Assembly: GCA_038523235.1 (NCBI GenBank)
Contig: JBCBJQ010000075.1
Span: 1 to 27,839 of the forward strand
From: Cyanobacteria bacterium J06626_4
Lineage (GTDB): Bacteria > Cyanobacteriota > Cyanobacteriia > Phormidesmidales > Phormidesmidaceae
Reading direction: 5' to 3'
DNA: 27,839 nucleotides
Program-made: the position numbers and the translations under genes
Notes under the pieces: model-generated
Told to the model about the DNA's origin: nothing
Database searches by the model: none
Seen by the model: the letters and a program-made list of their open reading frames with translations, nothing else
Shown here: piece after piece, positions 19,438 to 27,839 of the stretch
Layout of the letters: every line of letters begins with the position of its first letter
How positions within the stretch are numbered: the stretch's first letter is position 1

Positions 19438-20952
19438 ATGGTTCCCTACGGTCAGTCAGGTTGGCCTTTGCGTCCGTTTTTCCGGCAACTCCATCGTTAC
19501 TGGCAGCGTTGGAGGCAATCCTTCTCGCCCCCTGAATCTGATGATTATCTTCTGTGGCGGCACAAATTTTTATATCAACGGCTCAGCTTTGGCCTCTGGA
19601 TTGGCCTCATCTGTTTTTTGATCTCAGCCAGCCATGGCCTCTATGTATATGTGTGGGAAATTGATCAAATCCGCGACGATCTCGATCGATTTTATGAGGA
19701 ACCTTGGCTGGCTGAGCCCCTGCGGGACATCACGATTATTGGTTTCTTTATCATTGTGGGACTGATTCTCGGTTGCCTGTGGCTACAGCGAACTCGCTTT
19801 GGCAAGCACTATCCTGCCGTGACGTTTCTGATTTTTGCCTGTGCGGTTAACGGATTTGTTACTCAAATCATTTCCACGTTTTACGGCGTACCGGTTAAAC
19901 CTGACACGATTGTTTTTCTGGCCTTTGCGGTCTTATTGCCGTTGCGCTGGCGGCTACATTTGCTGGCTCAACTACTGCCCATTGGTTACTACATTATTGG
20001 GCTGCCACTGCTGGGGATTACCGAGCTAGGCAACGTCTCAATTTTTGGCAACATTTACAGCTTGGGAACGTTTATCGAATTGGGTTGGGTGTGCCTGATT
20101 TGTAACGTCGGGGTCTTTGTGTATGAGCGGCTGCGGCGATCGGAGTTCGAGTCGCGGCGAGAGTTACAGATCTTTCTGCATGCGATTTCCCATGATCTGC
20201 GGAATCCAGTGATGGGCACCACGATGGTCGTCAAAAAGTTGATCGATCAAGCTGTCGATGGGCAAACCGTCGTGCGCCTGCCGATTTTAGAACGACTATT
20301 GCAGGGGAGCGATCGCCAACTCCAACTCATTAATTCTCTGGTGGAGGCCTACCATGCCGATAGTCAGGGCCTGGTGCTGCATCGCCAACCGCTGCCCATT
20401 CACACCATTGTGGAAGCGGTGTTGACGGATATTGCGCCCAAGCTCACGCAAAATCAGATCGACCTGCAAAACACGATTACCCCCGATTTGCCCTTGGTCA
20501 GTGCCGACTCGACTCACCTGTGGCGGGTGTTTAGTAATTTGATGGAGAACGCCCTAAAACACAACCCCCCAGGCATTCAAATCATGTTAGAAGCTGAGGT
20601 GATCAAAACCGTGATGTGCCCGACATCACGATTAAAAAATGGCGCTTGGCGGCATCAAGGTGGCTTCAAGCGATCACCGTTGAGTCAGTTCGGTTCACGG
20701 GCGCAACTTCCACCAGGGCTGCTCTGTCGCGTGAGAGATACCGGCATTGGCATTCCCCTTGAGCAGCGATCGCGGCTATTTGAACTCTATACGCGCGGCA
20801 AGCGGGCGCGTTATATGCCAGGCCTAGGATTGGGCTTGTACGTTTGTAAACAAATCATTACGGCCCACGGCGGCGATATCGGCATTGCTAGTCCGGTCGA
20901 GCAGGGCACCGTGTTTTGGTTCACCTTGCCCCTCGCGGAGACAAAAGGTTGA
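19438..20952 (+). CDS. Membrane-bound sensor histidine kinase
   Basis: About 6 hydrophobic segments. H box ISHDLRNP, N box VFSNLMENALKH, DTGIGI, GLGLGL. Start uncertain (ATG 19336 or 19438). Confidence 0.9.
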   Translation: MVPYGQSGWPLRPFFRQLHRYWQRWRQSFSPPESDDYLLWRHKFLYQRLSFGLWIGLICFLISASHGLYVYVWEIDQIRDDLDRFYEEPWLAEPLRDITIIGFFIIVGLILGCLWLQRTRFGKHYPAVTFLIFACAVNGFVTQIISTFYGVPVKPDTIVFLAFAVLLPLRWRLHLLAQLLPIGYYIIGLPLLGITELGNVSIFGNIYSLGTFIELGWVCLICNVGVFVYERLRRSEFESRRELQIFLHAISHDLRNPVMGTTMVVKKLIDQAVDGQTVVRLPILERLLQGSDRQLQLINSLVEAYHADSQGLVLHRQPLPIHTIVEAVLTDIAPKLTQNQIDLQNTITPDLPLVSADSTHLWRVFSNLMENALKHNPPGIQIMLEAEVIKTVMCPTSRLKNGAWRHQGGFKRSPLSQFGSRAQLPPGLLCRVRDTGIGIPLEQRSRLFELYTRGKRARYMPGLGLGLYVCKQIITAHGGDIGIASPVEQGTVFWFTLPLAETKG

Positions 20953-22074
20953 CTAATCGAAACGGGCTGAGTACGCCTGAGAATAAACGGGATCTTTGCC
21001 TCTAGCTTGCTGCAGAAAGCGGATATCCAGGCCCGGCAGTGCCGTGCGATATAAAGCAGTCCAAAGCGTGCCGCCGATGATCGATCCATCCTCGTCTAGG
21101 GCGCTCATCCGTACGGCATCGGCAGCCCTCCACAGCCCCTGATCGTCATCCAAGTCTTGGGGGAGATGAGATCCCAAGGTCGCCAACCGCTGCCTTGATT
21201 CCTCCTCATGTTCTTCTTCGGATATGACATGACGTAGTGATGAAAGGTAGTGATTGGTACAGAGGAACGGTTGAGATTTTTCCCGCCGCACAATACCCAT
21301 CCCTGATGTCTCATGCCATTCCAGTACGGCAGCGTTCCCATGGCGATCGCCGATGATGTAGTGGCATGGGATAAAAACTGTTTGCTTCGGCATTTTAGAA
21401 AAGAGGGCAATCGCCTCCTCAACCGTCGCACAGCTTTCCAGCAGAATACGCGGCACAGTGATTTCGTCAAAGGCGTCAAAGCCAGGCTCCACAAACTGCG
21501 CCGCTCCATTACTGACAGCCAGAAGGGCAATACAAAAACCGCGATCGTTGATGCCGTCAAAAGCACTCGTAAACAGATCCGTCGCAACTACAGCAATACT
21601 GCGAAAACCTGTCTCTGGTTCAATCGTCATCAGGTAGACCGGATCGATCATCGGTCTGGCTTCAGCAACGGTAGCTCCCAACAGCTCAGGAAATGAGCGC
21701 AGCGTAAAATCGAAATTTCGTACCAGAAAACCACCGTTTTTTTCGCCCAGAAAGGCAGCGGAGCAGGCAAAGGGCGGGGGTTCTTGAACCAGCGGCAGCG
21801 AATAAGGATATAAGGCTTGGCGATCGCGACCAAAATAATTGGCCACCCCAGCCGCCCTATCCACCAGCACAGGACAGTAGCGCGATAACAGCCTCTGCTG
21901 CGCCTGCAAATCAGTTTCGGCGATCGGGGTTGCGGTTTGGTCCACATCATGGTGCTCCTGCGCCACTCGTGCTAAGTCTTCGCCGATTTCAATCTGGGTG
22001 CCCCGCAATCTCAGAGTGAAAAGATCGAAGGGGCTTTCAGGGTAAGACTGGTGTTGAATCAACTTCGCTATCAT
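20953..22074 (-). CDS. C45-family autoproteolytic acyltransferase/peptidase (Ntn hydrolase, AAT-like)
   Basis: Internal nucleophile motif A-CSA, then RNFDF, DGINDRG, ILLESCATVEEA, HYIIGD and TNH. ATG at 22074; ORF open to 22173. Confidence 0.8.
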   Translation of the reverse strand: MIAKLIQHQSYPESPFDLFTLRLRGTQIEIGEDLARVAQEHHDVDQTATPIAETDLQAQQRLLSRYCPVLVDRAAGVANYFGRDRQALYPYSLPLVQEPPPFACSAAFLGEKNGGFLVRNFDFTLRSFPELLGATVAEARPMIDPVYLMTIEPETGFRSIAVVATDLFTSAFDGINDRGFCIALLAVSNGAAQFVEPGFDAFDEITVPRILLESCATVEEAIALFSKMPKQTVFIPCHYIIGDRHGNAAVLEWHETSGMGIVRREKSQPFLCTNHYLSSLRHVISEEEHEEESRQRLATLGSHLPQDLDDDQGLWRAADAVRMSALDEDGSIIGGTLWTALYRTALPGLDIRFLQQARGKDPVYSQAYSARFD

Positions 22075-22320
22075 CGAATCTGCCTCGACATTGATAATGA
22101 ATGGTGCGATTACGCCATCGTTATGCCTGCTGAAAATCGAACGCTCCACAATAGGCCATTTTGGACGTGGCAACTTCTTATTTTGCTGAAAATATTAGGA
22201 GCTGTCGTCATTCCCTAGCGGTCAAGTCCTGATTCGGAAAGCGTTTCAGCGCCTAGAAAAGCAACTTGCCTGTGAGGGATTGGCAGTGCCAAAGTCGGTG
22301 TTTAGCACCCAGCTACTGCC

Positions 22321-22409
22321 GATCCCCCTCAATTCCTCTTAAAAAGGGGGACTTCCAAGCCTGTGAGGTAACAGCCCCCTTTTTAAAGGGGCGGCGACAG
22401 CGGGGGATC
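22321..22409. repeat. Cyanobacterial palindromic dispersed repeat (REP/MITE-like)
   Basis: GATCCCCC-TCAATTCCTCTTAAAAAGGGGGACTT ... CCCCCTTTTTAAAGGGG ... GGGGGATC. Nested inverted repeats of the common CCCCCTTAAAAAGGGGG type. Confidence 0.75.
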
Positions 22410-22485
22410 CTACGGCACGCTAAACACATATGTGCCAAACCCCAACGATTTGGGAACCTACTTTCAAGTAACTCCCTGACTACAC

Positions 22486-23055
22486 CTAATCAGCAGCGGT
22501 AATGGGTGACTCACTCACCATCGATTGGGCCATCGCCAATCCATCGGCCTCCGATATCACGTCAAACGGATGCGCCAGCACATACTGCAAATCGTCTTGC
22601 CGCCAGCGAATTTGGGTGCCCTCCGGGGAAGGGATAGCATATCCCTGAATGCCGTTGCCTAAATCAACAGCAGTAATATCTTCCCCTTCATAATTAGGCG
22701 GCCAGTCATCCGTTGGAAGACTGACTAAGATCATGGCCCCAATGCAGTCACCCTCAGTGCAGCCGGGCTCAGTAGACAGTCCTAACAAGATGCTGCCATA
22801 GGTCGTCATGACCGGGTCAATGTAAGGATACAGCTCCATTTCTGTATTCACTGACGTTGGCAGGCGAATGCCCCAGCCCTCGGGCAGGGCTGCCACTAGC
22901 TCATCTAAAACGGGCTCAAAAACCGGGGCGGGGGCGGCAAGGGCCGGGGTAAGAGCTGCGCATAGGCCCATCAGGCCAGTGCCCAAGCTAACGGCTAACC
23001 GAGTCAGGGGAAGGAGAGACATGCTGTTTTGAAACATGGTAATGGCCTGAATCAA
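22486..23055 (-). CDS. Secreted hypothetical protein
   Basis: Signal peptide ending ALTPALA, then APAPVFEP. Acidic mature part with a Cys pair (CTEGDC). Start uncertain among several Met codons. Confidence 0.75.
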   Translation of the reverse strand: MIQAITMFQNSMSLLPLTRLAVSLGTGLMGLCAALTPALAAPAPVFEPVLDELVAALPEGWGIRLPTSVNTEMELYPYIDPVMTTYGSILLGLSTEPGCTEGDCIGAMILVSLPTDDWPPNYEGEDITAVDLGNGIQGYAIPSPEGTQIRWRQDDLQYVLAHPFDVISEADGLAMAQSMVSESPITAAD

Positions 23056-23360
23056 GTGCGATTCTAGGGTGACTCTTCTCCCCAGCAGTCAGCATCATCC
23101 AGTTGGCTCCTCTCGGTTAGTCGGACGGTTATTTTTCATCGGGTACGGTACGACGCCTGAGTCGCATCACAGCCGGATTGGGTTAATCAACAATTCCAAT
23201 GGGTCGCGATCGCCGTGCATGGCGTACCAGTTTGTTAAGGGGGCCGATCGCGGTGGCTCGGTGGGTCAATACTGAATCTCGGCGGGCTGAATCAGGAGCA
23301 CACCGTTAAATGCGATCGCGATTTCATGGCACAGATGGGGGAATGAAACTTTAAGTCACC

Positions 23361-23900
23361 TCAAGAACGAATGACGGTCATCCCCTCTGTGGACAACTGT
23401 CCTTTGTGCAGCACGTGGGGAATATGGTGAAAAAGCAGCGGCTTCCCACCGGCTTGATAGCTGGCTTGGTAGTAATCAACTGTAGCCTTGGGCAACTCAC
23501 AAAAATCTGCAAGTAATGTCTCCTCAAAAGGCTTAAAATCATCTGCTTGTTTTGTGAAATCTCGATATTCTTTTAATCGATTGAGATAGATGACGGTGTT
23601 GTTTGAATTGAAATCTAAAGCAACTGGATCAATTACAAACCACGATACTAACTTGGGTTGGTATCCTGCAGCAATTAACCCTGCGCGAATCAAGTTAGGG
23701 TGTACTGGGCAAAAATGTAAAACGTCATTCCATTGACAGTTTAAGGCAGGAATAGTTTGTTGCATTAGGGGTTCTCTGCCAACGTACTTTTCAGTATAAA
23801 CTGCAGAAATAGACGGCCACTTCTGTCTTAATGAATTGAGTGGATAGAGCGTAGAACCCATCAATCTATCTGGAACACGATGGTATAGATATTGATTCAA
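23361..23900 (-). CDS. Conserved hypothetical protein (resembles the Bacillus 'group-specific protein' family); AT-rich
   Basis: YLYHRVP...LYPLN...KYVGRE...IPALNCQWNDVLHFCPVHP...LLFHHIPHVL motifs. TTG start. Visibly lower GC than its neighbours. Confidence 0.7.
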   Translation of the reverse strand: MNQYLYHRVPDRLMGSTLYPLNSLRQKWPSISAVYTEKYVGREPLMQQTIPALNCQWNDVLHFCPVHPNLIRAGLIAAGYQPKLVSWFVIDPVALDFNSNNTVIYLNRLKEYRDFTKQADDFKPFEETLLADFCELPKATVDYYQASYQAGGKPLLFHHIPHVLHKGQLSTEGMTVIRS

Positions 23901-24423
23901 GGATAAGAGTCGTGATCGCGATGATGATGTGAATTAATCTAGTTATGACCTTGCTTTGAACCCATGTCTATCCTCTTTCTAGACTCAAAAGAATGGCTGA
24001 ATGGCTGATTCTAAATGCCATATTGATTCGTTAAATTAAGACTCCGTCAGCAGTTAGATTTTTTCTGGGTCGTACCTCTGCTCAGTAAAGTTCAAAGGGC
24101 CATTTGCCCACTCCACTTGCTAGCGACATTTTTGCAGACCCAACAGGTAGACGGCGATCTCCCCCGCCCCTGAACCTGGCACCTCTCTGAGCTGAGCTGA
24201 TCGGCTGCGTTAGGGTGGCGAATTGGCATAAGACTACAGCGCATTTTCATCCGCTTAAGCCGGAGACAGCTTCCTCCAATTGGCCATTTCAGAACGAACT
24301 GATTAGGGGATTTGGGCGCTGCTTCCAGCTTGCTAAACTACCTGCACGGCTCGCCAAACACGATGAATTGGCCGCGACGCAGGGGGGCCACGGGTAAATC
24401 GGTTAATCACAAGGTCGGTCAGT

Positions 24424-25323
24424 ATGAAATCTATTGCGATCGCAGAACTTGGCTATATTCCTTTGGCCTGCTTGCTCGCCGGGTATCTGTCAGCACCCGC
24501 TCAGGGCAAAGCGCTGCCGCCGCCTGACTCACAAGCGCCAGCCACACTGAGCAGCCTGAACCTGCCAGCGCGATCGCCTAACCCAGCCCCCAAACAAGCT
24601 GAGACCGCTACCCCAGCTATCACCGTGATTTATACCCCAGCGGAGACTGAACGCGGCCGAGAAATTCAGGGACTGATGGAACGCACCCAAAGCTATGAGC
24701 AGCTCACCGCTGGACTCAATCAAGTGTTATCGCTGCCAGAGCCTCTCACCTTAAATCAGGCGGAATGCGGCATGGTGAATGCCTTCTATTCCCCTGCTGA
24801 TCGCCAGATTGTGATGTGCTACGAGCTCGTTGACTACTTCTTGAGCCTATATGCCGCTGAAGCTGACATGGATCCCACAGCACCGCCGCCAGAAGTTTCG
24901 ACGGTGGGAGCGCTCGGGTTTGTCATGCTGCACGAACTGGGTCACGCGCTCATCGATCTGCTGGATGTACCCATTTTTGGTCAAGAAGAAGATGCCGCTG
25001 ACCAGTTTGCCGCCGTCATTCTATCCAGGACGGATATTGGGCATATGGCGGCCCAATCGACTGCAGTTTGGTTCTATACCGCGTCTCAACAGCAAGATGT
25101 GGCCGATATTCCCTACTGGGATGAGCACTCGCTCGATATTCAGCGATTTTTTAATGTCGTTTGTATGCTCTACGGCAGCGATCCGACAACCTATAATGGC
25201 CTCATGCAGGACCTCGGTGTGCCTGAAAGAAGGACGGCACTGTGTCAGCAAGAATACTGGGAGGCTTGGGAGAATTGGCAAGCTGTATTGGCGCCGCACG
25301 TGAGTCCCCTAGAAGGTCAGTAA
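24424..25323 (+). CDS. DUF4344-type secreted zinc metallopeptidase
   Basis: Signal peptide and Pro-rich linker, then ECGMVNAFY, MCYEL, HELGH (HExxH), EEDAAD and DEHSLDIQRF. Confidence 0.85.
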   Translation: MKSIAIAELGYIPLACLLAGYLSAPAQGKALPPPDSQAPATLSSLNLPARSPNPAPKQAETATPAITVIYTPAETERGREIQGLMERTQSYEQLTAGLNQVLSLPEPLTLNQAECGMVNAFYSPADRQIVMCYELVDYFLSLYAAEADMDPTAPPPEVSTVGALGFVMLHELGHALIDLLDVPIFGQEEDAADQFAAVILSRTDIGHMAAQSTAVWFYTASQQQDVADIPYWDEHSLDIQRFFNVVCMLYGSDPTTYNGLMQDLGVPERRTALCQQEYWEAWENWQAVLAPHVSPLEGQ

Positions 25324-25357
25324 TCACTGCTCTAGAGCGGTAAATGTCGGCGAGTAA

Positions 25358-25408
25358 GAGGGTGTCAGGGTTTGAGGGTGGGTGAGCCCTGAGCCCTTAA
25401 ACCACCCC
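25358..25408 (+). repeat. Octamer-based hairpin repeat, same type as the bchH insertion
   Basis: GAGGGTGT CAGGGTTT GAGGGTGG followed by CCCTGAGCCCTTAAACCACCCC. GGTTTGAGGG can pair with CCCTTAAACC. Confidence 0.5.
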
Positions 25409-25533
25409 ATTGATTGGCCGATCGGTCGATTTTAAGAATTTTTGATTTGCCTAGCATTGGGGCAGATTTTGCCTGGACATAGCTCCTGTTTGAGAGGGGC
25501 CGTAGGCTTTGAGTAACTCAATTTTTATAGTGC

Positions 25534-27441
25534 TTGATGATGGACGCGATCGCCCTTTTACCCCTGGATAATGACTTCATGAGCCCCTGGACAGGGATCG
25601 CTTTGAACGCAACTTTGGCCGCTCATACCTTGCCCTCAGCACACAAATTGGGCCAGTCGATAGAGTCCTTGCTGCCCCCCTTCGGGGAACTACCTATCGA
25701 AGATTTGCAAGTAGACCACCCCAGCCAATTGGTTGACTACGACTATGGAGCTTACACCTATGGGACTAATACCTGGATTGTGGGCCAGGCGGGGGACGAT
25801 CAGCTGATCGGGACCGCGAATCGCGACTTCATTGTCGGCATGGGTGGTAACGATTGGCTCAACGGTCGGGCCGGCGACGATGGGCTCAACGGTGCGGCAG
25901 GCGACGATACCTTAATCGGCGGCGCGGGTGATGACGTTCTCCTCGGGGGCGATGGCGATGATACTCTCAGCGGTCAGGCGGGCAATGATTCGCTTTGGGG
26001 TGGCGAGGGTAATGACCAGCTCAACGGAGGAGCGGGACAAGATGACCTCAGAGGCGGCAGCGGTGATGACGTGCTGATTGATGCTGACGTGGGCGATCGC
26101 TTTACTGGCGGCAGTGGCCGCGGCGAATTCCGCATCGGCAATGGTCGCCTACCCGATGGCCCGAAAATTACGATTTTTCCACCCGCACCTGATTTCATCG
26201 TGACCGATTTCACGGTTGGTGAAGACGTGCTAACCCTTAACTTCGGCATCACGTTTGATGACTTAACCTTCCTCGATACGGCAAACGGCGTCATGATCAG
26301 CAGCCAAAGGCAGGAAGGGTTAGTGCTGTTGGAAGGCGTCAAAGCCGCTGACCTAACAGAATCAGATTTCCGCTTTGCAGACCCTGAGTTACTGGTTGAG
26401 TTGCAAGCCAGCTTAGAAGAATCCCTCGATGATGGTGGCAGTCCGGGGGCGATCGCCGCCATTACCACTGTCGACGGCTATTCGTGGAGCGGGGCAGCAG
26501 GATTGGCCGTTAATGAAAACAACACCCCGGCCACCGCTGAGGATCGTTTTCCCATCGCAAGTGTGACCAAATCCTTCACTGCTGTAGTCACGATGCAGCT
26601 TGCCGAAGCCGGTTTGCTTAGCCTAGAAGACACGATGGAGCAATGGTTGCCCGAAACTGTAACCAGCCAAATTCCCAACAGCAGCGAGATAACAATTCGC
26701 CAGCTTTTGAGCCACACCAGCGGCATCAACAGCTACATTATGAGCGATGAATATCGCCAGGAATTGACTGCTAATCCATCTCAAATTTTTGAAGATTGGA
26801 CCACTGAGGACTTGCTAGCCCGGTATGTCTATGACCGGGCCGCCGACTTTACTCCCGGTACCGGAGTGGACTACAACAGCGCCAACTATCTCCTGTTAGG
26901 GCTCGTGATTGAAGCTGCTACCGACTCGACTTTGGAAAGTCAGTTTCAACATCGCATCATCGACCCCTTGGGCCTAGAGAACACATTCATGCCAGGTGGA
27001 GAAATCCCCGCTGATTATCAACCGGGCTACATTGATGTCGATGGTGACGGCGGGTTTGACCTCAACGCCGGAGAAGCAGATCTGGATCGATTTGGCGGAG
27101 CCGGAGCCTTAATCTCCAACGTTGAAGACCTGACTCAGTTTGCCCAGGCGCTATTTGGTGGCGAGTTAGTCAGTCCCGATACTCTAGAGGAGATGATTAC
27201 CGGAGGTGTACCTGAAGCAGGGCTGGGATTGGGCTTCGGCTATCAGGACGATCCAGAGGCAGGCCGTTTCTTTTTTGGTAACGGCGATAGCTACGGTTGG
27301 ACGGTGCGACTACGCTATGACCAAGATACCGAAGCAACGACGGTGTTGTTCCGCAATGGTGTCGATCTCACTGCCGCCGTTGATTATGCTGACCTCGCCC
27401 TTGATGCCCTACGCAATAACCTGGATAGGACGTCAGCCTGA
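25534..27441 (+). CDS. RTX Ca-binding repeat protein fused to a serine hydrolase (class C beta-lactamase / R61 D,D-peptidase family)
   Basis: Eleven GGxGxDxLx-type nonapeptides. RFPIASVTK (SxxK), [40 protein letters not shown]. Exact start uncertain. Confidence 0.9.
   Translation: MMMDAIALLPLDNDFMSPWTGIALNATLAAHTLPSAHKLGQSIESLLPPFGELPIEDLQVDHPSQLVDYDYGAYTYGTNTWIVGQAGDDQLIGTANRDFIVGMGGNDWLNGRAGDDGLNGAAGDDTLIGGAGDDVLLGGDGDDTLSGQAGNDSLWGGEGNDQLNGGAGQDDLRGGSGDDVLIDADVGDRFTGGSGRGEFRIGNGRLPDGPKITIFPPAPDFIVTDFTVGEDVLTLNFGITFDDLTFLDTANGVMISSQRQEGLVLLEGVKAADLTESDFRFADPELLVELQASLEESLDDGGSPGAIAAITTVDGYSWSGAAGLAVNENNTPATAEDRFPIASVTKSFTAVVTMQLAEAGLLSLEDTMEQWLPETVTSQIPNSSEITIRQLLSHTSGINSYIMSDEYRQELTANPSQIFEDWTTEDLLARYVYDRAADFTPGTGVDYNSANYLLLGLVIEAATDSTLESQFQHRIIDPLGLENTFMPGGEIPADYQPGYIDVDGDGGFDLNAGEADLDRFGGAGALISNVEDLTQFAQALFGGELVSPDTLEEMITGGVPEAGLGLGFGYQDDPEAGRFFFGNGDSYGWTVRLRYDQDTEATTVLFRNGVDLTAAVDYADLALDALRNNLDRTSA
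25783..26079 (+). repeat. Eleven tandem 27-nt RTX nonapeptide repeats
   Basis: Runs from GQAGDDQLI to GGSGDDVLI in frame. Confidence 0.85.
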
Positions 27442-27645
27442 TTTGAGTTTATAGGTATAGAGGAAGCCCTCCGGGTATGAAGCGGGGCGTAATCCGTATG
27501 AATGTGGCTTTATGGCCTTTCGCCAAGCTACGCCAATTGCTCCAATCACAGACTACAGGTGTTCATTTTGTTAATGGCAACTTACTTCATCACGGCAGCC
27601 TGAGATCATGGCAATTTTCTTATCACGGCAGCCTGATTTGAGTTT
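27434..27645 (+). repeat. Direct repeats downstream of the RTX hydrolase
   Basis: CAGCCTGATTTGAGTTT at 27434-27450 and 27629-27645. ATGGCAA...ATCACGGCAGCCTGA at 27574-27603 and 27608-27636. Confidence 0.8.
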
Positions 27646-27681
27646 GCTTTGCCCACGTCAGTCTTATTGACCAGAGGCGGT

Positions 27682-27839
27682 ATGCCAAATGACATTGCAT
27701 CTTCCGAATGTGTGGCTAACGTTCATCCCCTGCTACGAGTTTTGATCGTCGAAGACGACCCCGTCATGCAGTTAGGGCTAGAGCAGTTTTTAGATGACTG
27801 TGAAAGCTTGGAAGTGATTGGCCGCGCTGAGGATGGGTA
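27682..27839 (+). CDS. Response regulator, NarL/FixJ-like receiver domain (runs off the window)
   Basis: MPNDIASSECVANVHPLLRVLIVEDDPVMQLGLEQFLDDCESLEVIGRAEDG, with GAGG upstream. Not in the ORF track. Confidence 0.85.
   Translation, partial: MPNDIASSECVANVHPLLRVLIVEDDPVMQLGLEQFLDDCESLEVIGRAEDG

Larger units (their letters stand above)
1..27839. repeat. Dispersed HIP1 octamer GCGATCGC
   Basis: About 40 copies by manual count (e.g. 2282, 6541, 8801, 19321), against fewer than 1 expected by chance. Confidence 0.95.

Noticed and set aside
25783..26079. Periodic DNA repeat as a non-coding array
   Set aside because: Fully explained by in-frame RTX nonapeptides.
27434..27645. CRISPR-like mini array
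   Set aside because: Only 2-3 partial copies, irregular spacing (one gap is 4 nt), no palindromic repeat and no cas genes.

Overview
Cyanobacterial chromosomal window: the HIP1 octamer GCGATCGC occurs about 40 times by manual count, and the gene content fits a filamentous Leptolyngbyaceae-like organism. In order it holds the 3' end of a sulfotransferase, a large probably secreted hypothetical protein, a TPP-dependent phosphoketolase/transketolase-family enzyme, a NirB-like HEAT-repeat protein and a Deg/HtrA protease. Next come a BchH-type Mg-chelatase H paralogue split by a +1 frameshift inside an octamer-repeat insertion, an orphan gene ending in an attC-like site (a solitary integron cassette with no integrase in the window) and tRNA-Thr(CGT). 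The right half has a soluble 9-PAS histidine kinase, a membrane histidine kinase, a C45 Ntn-hydrolase, two hypothetical proteins, a DUF4344 metallopeptidase, an RTX-repeat serine hydrolase and the start of a response regulator. The best leads are the attC cassette, the repeat-associated bchH frameshift and a structured leader plus CRP/FNR-type palindrome upstream of the phosphoketolase. All family calls come from motif recognition; no database search was run.
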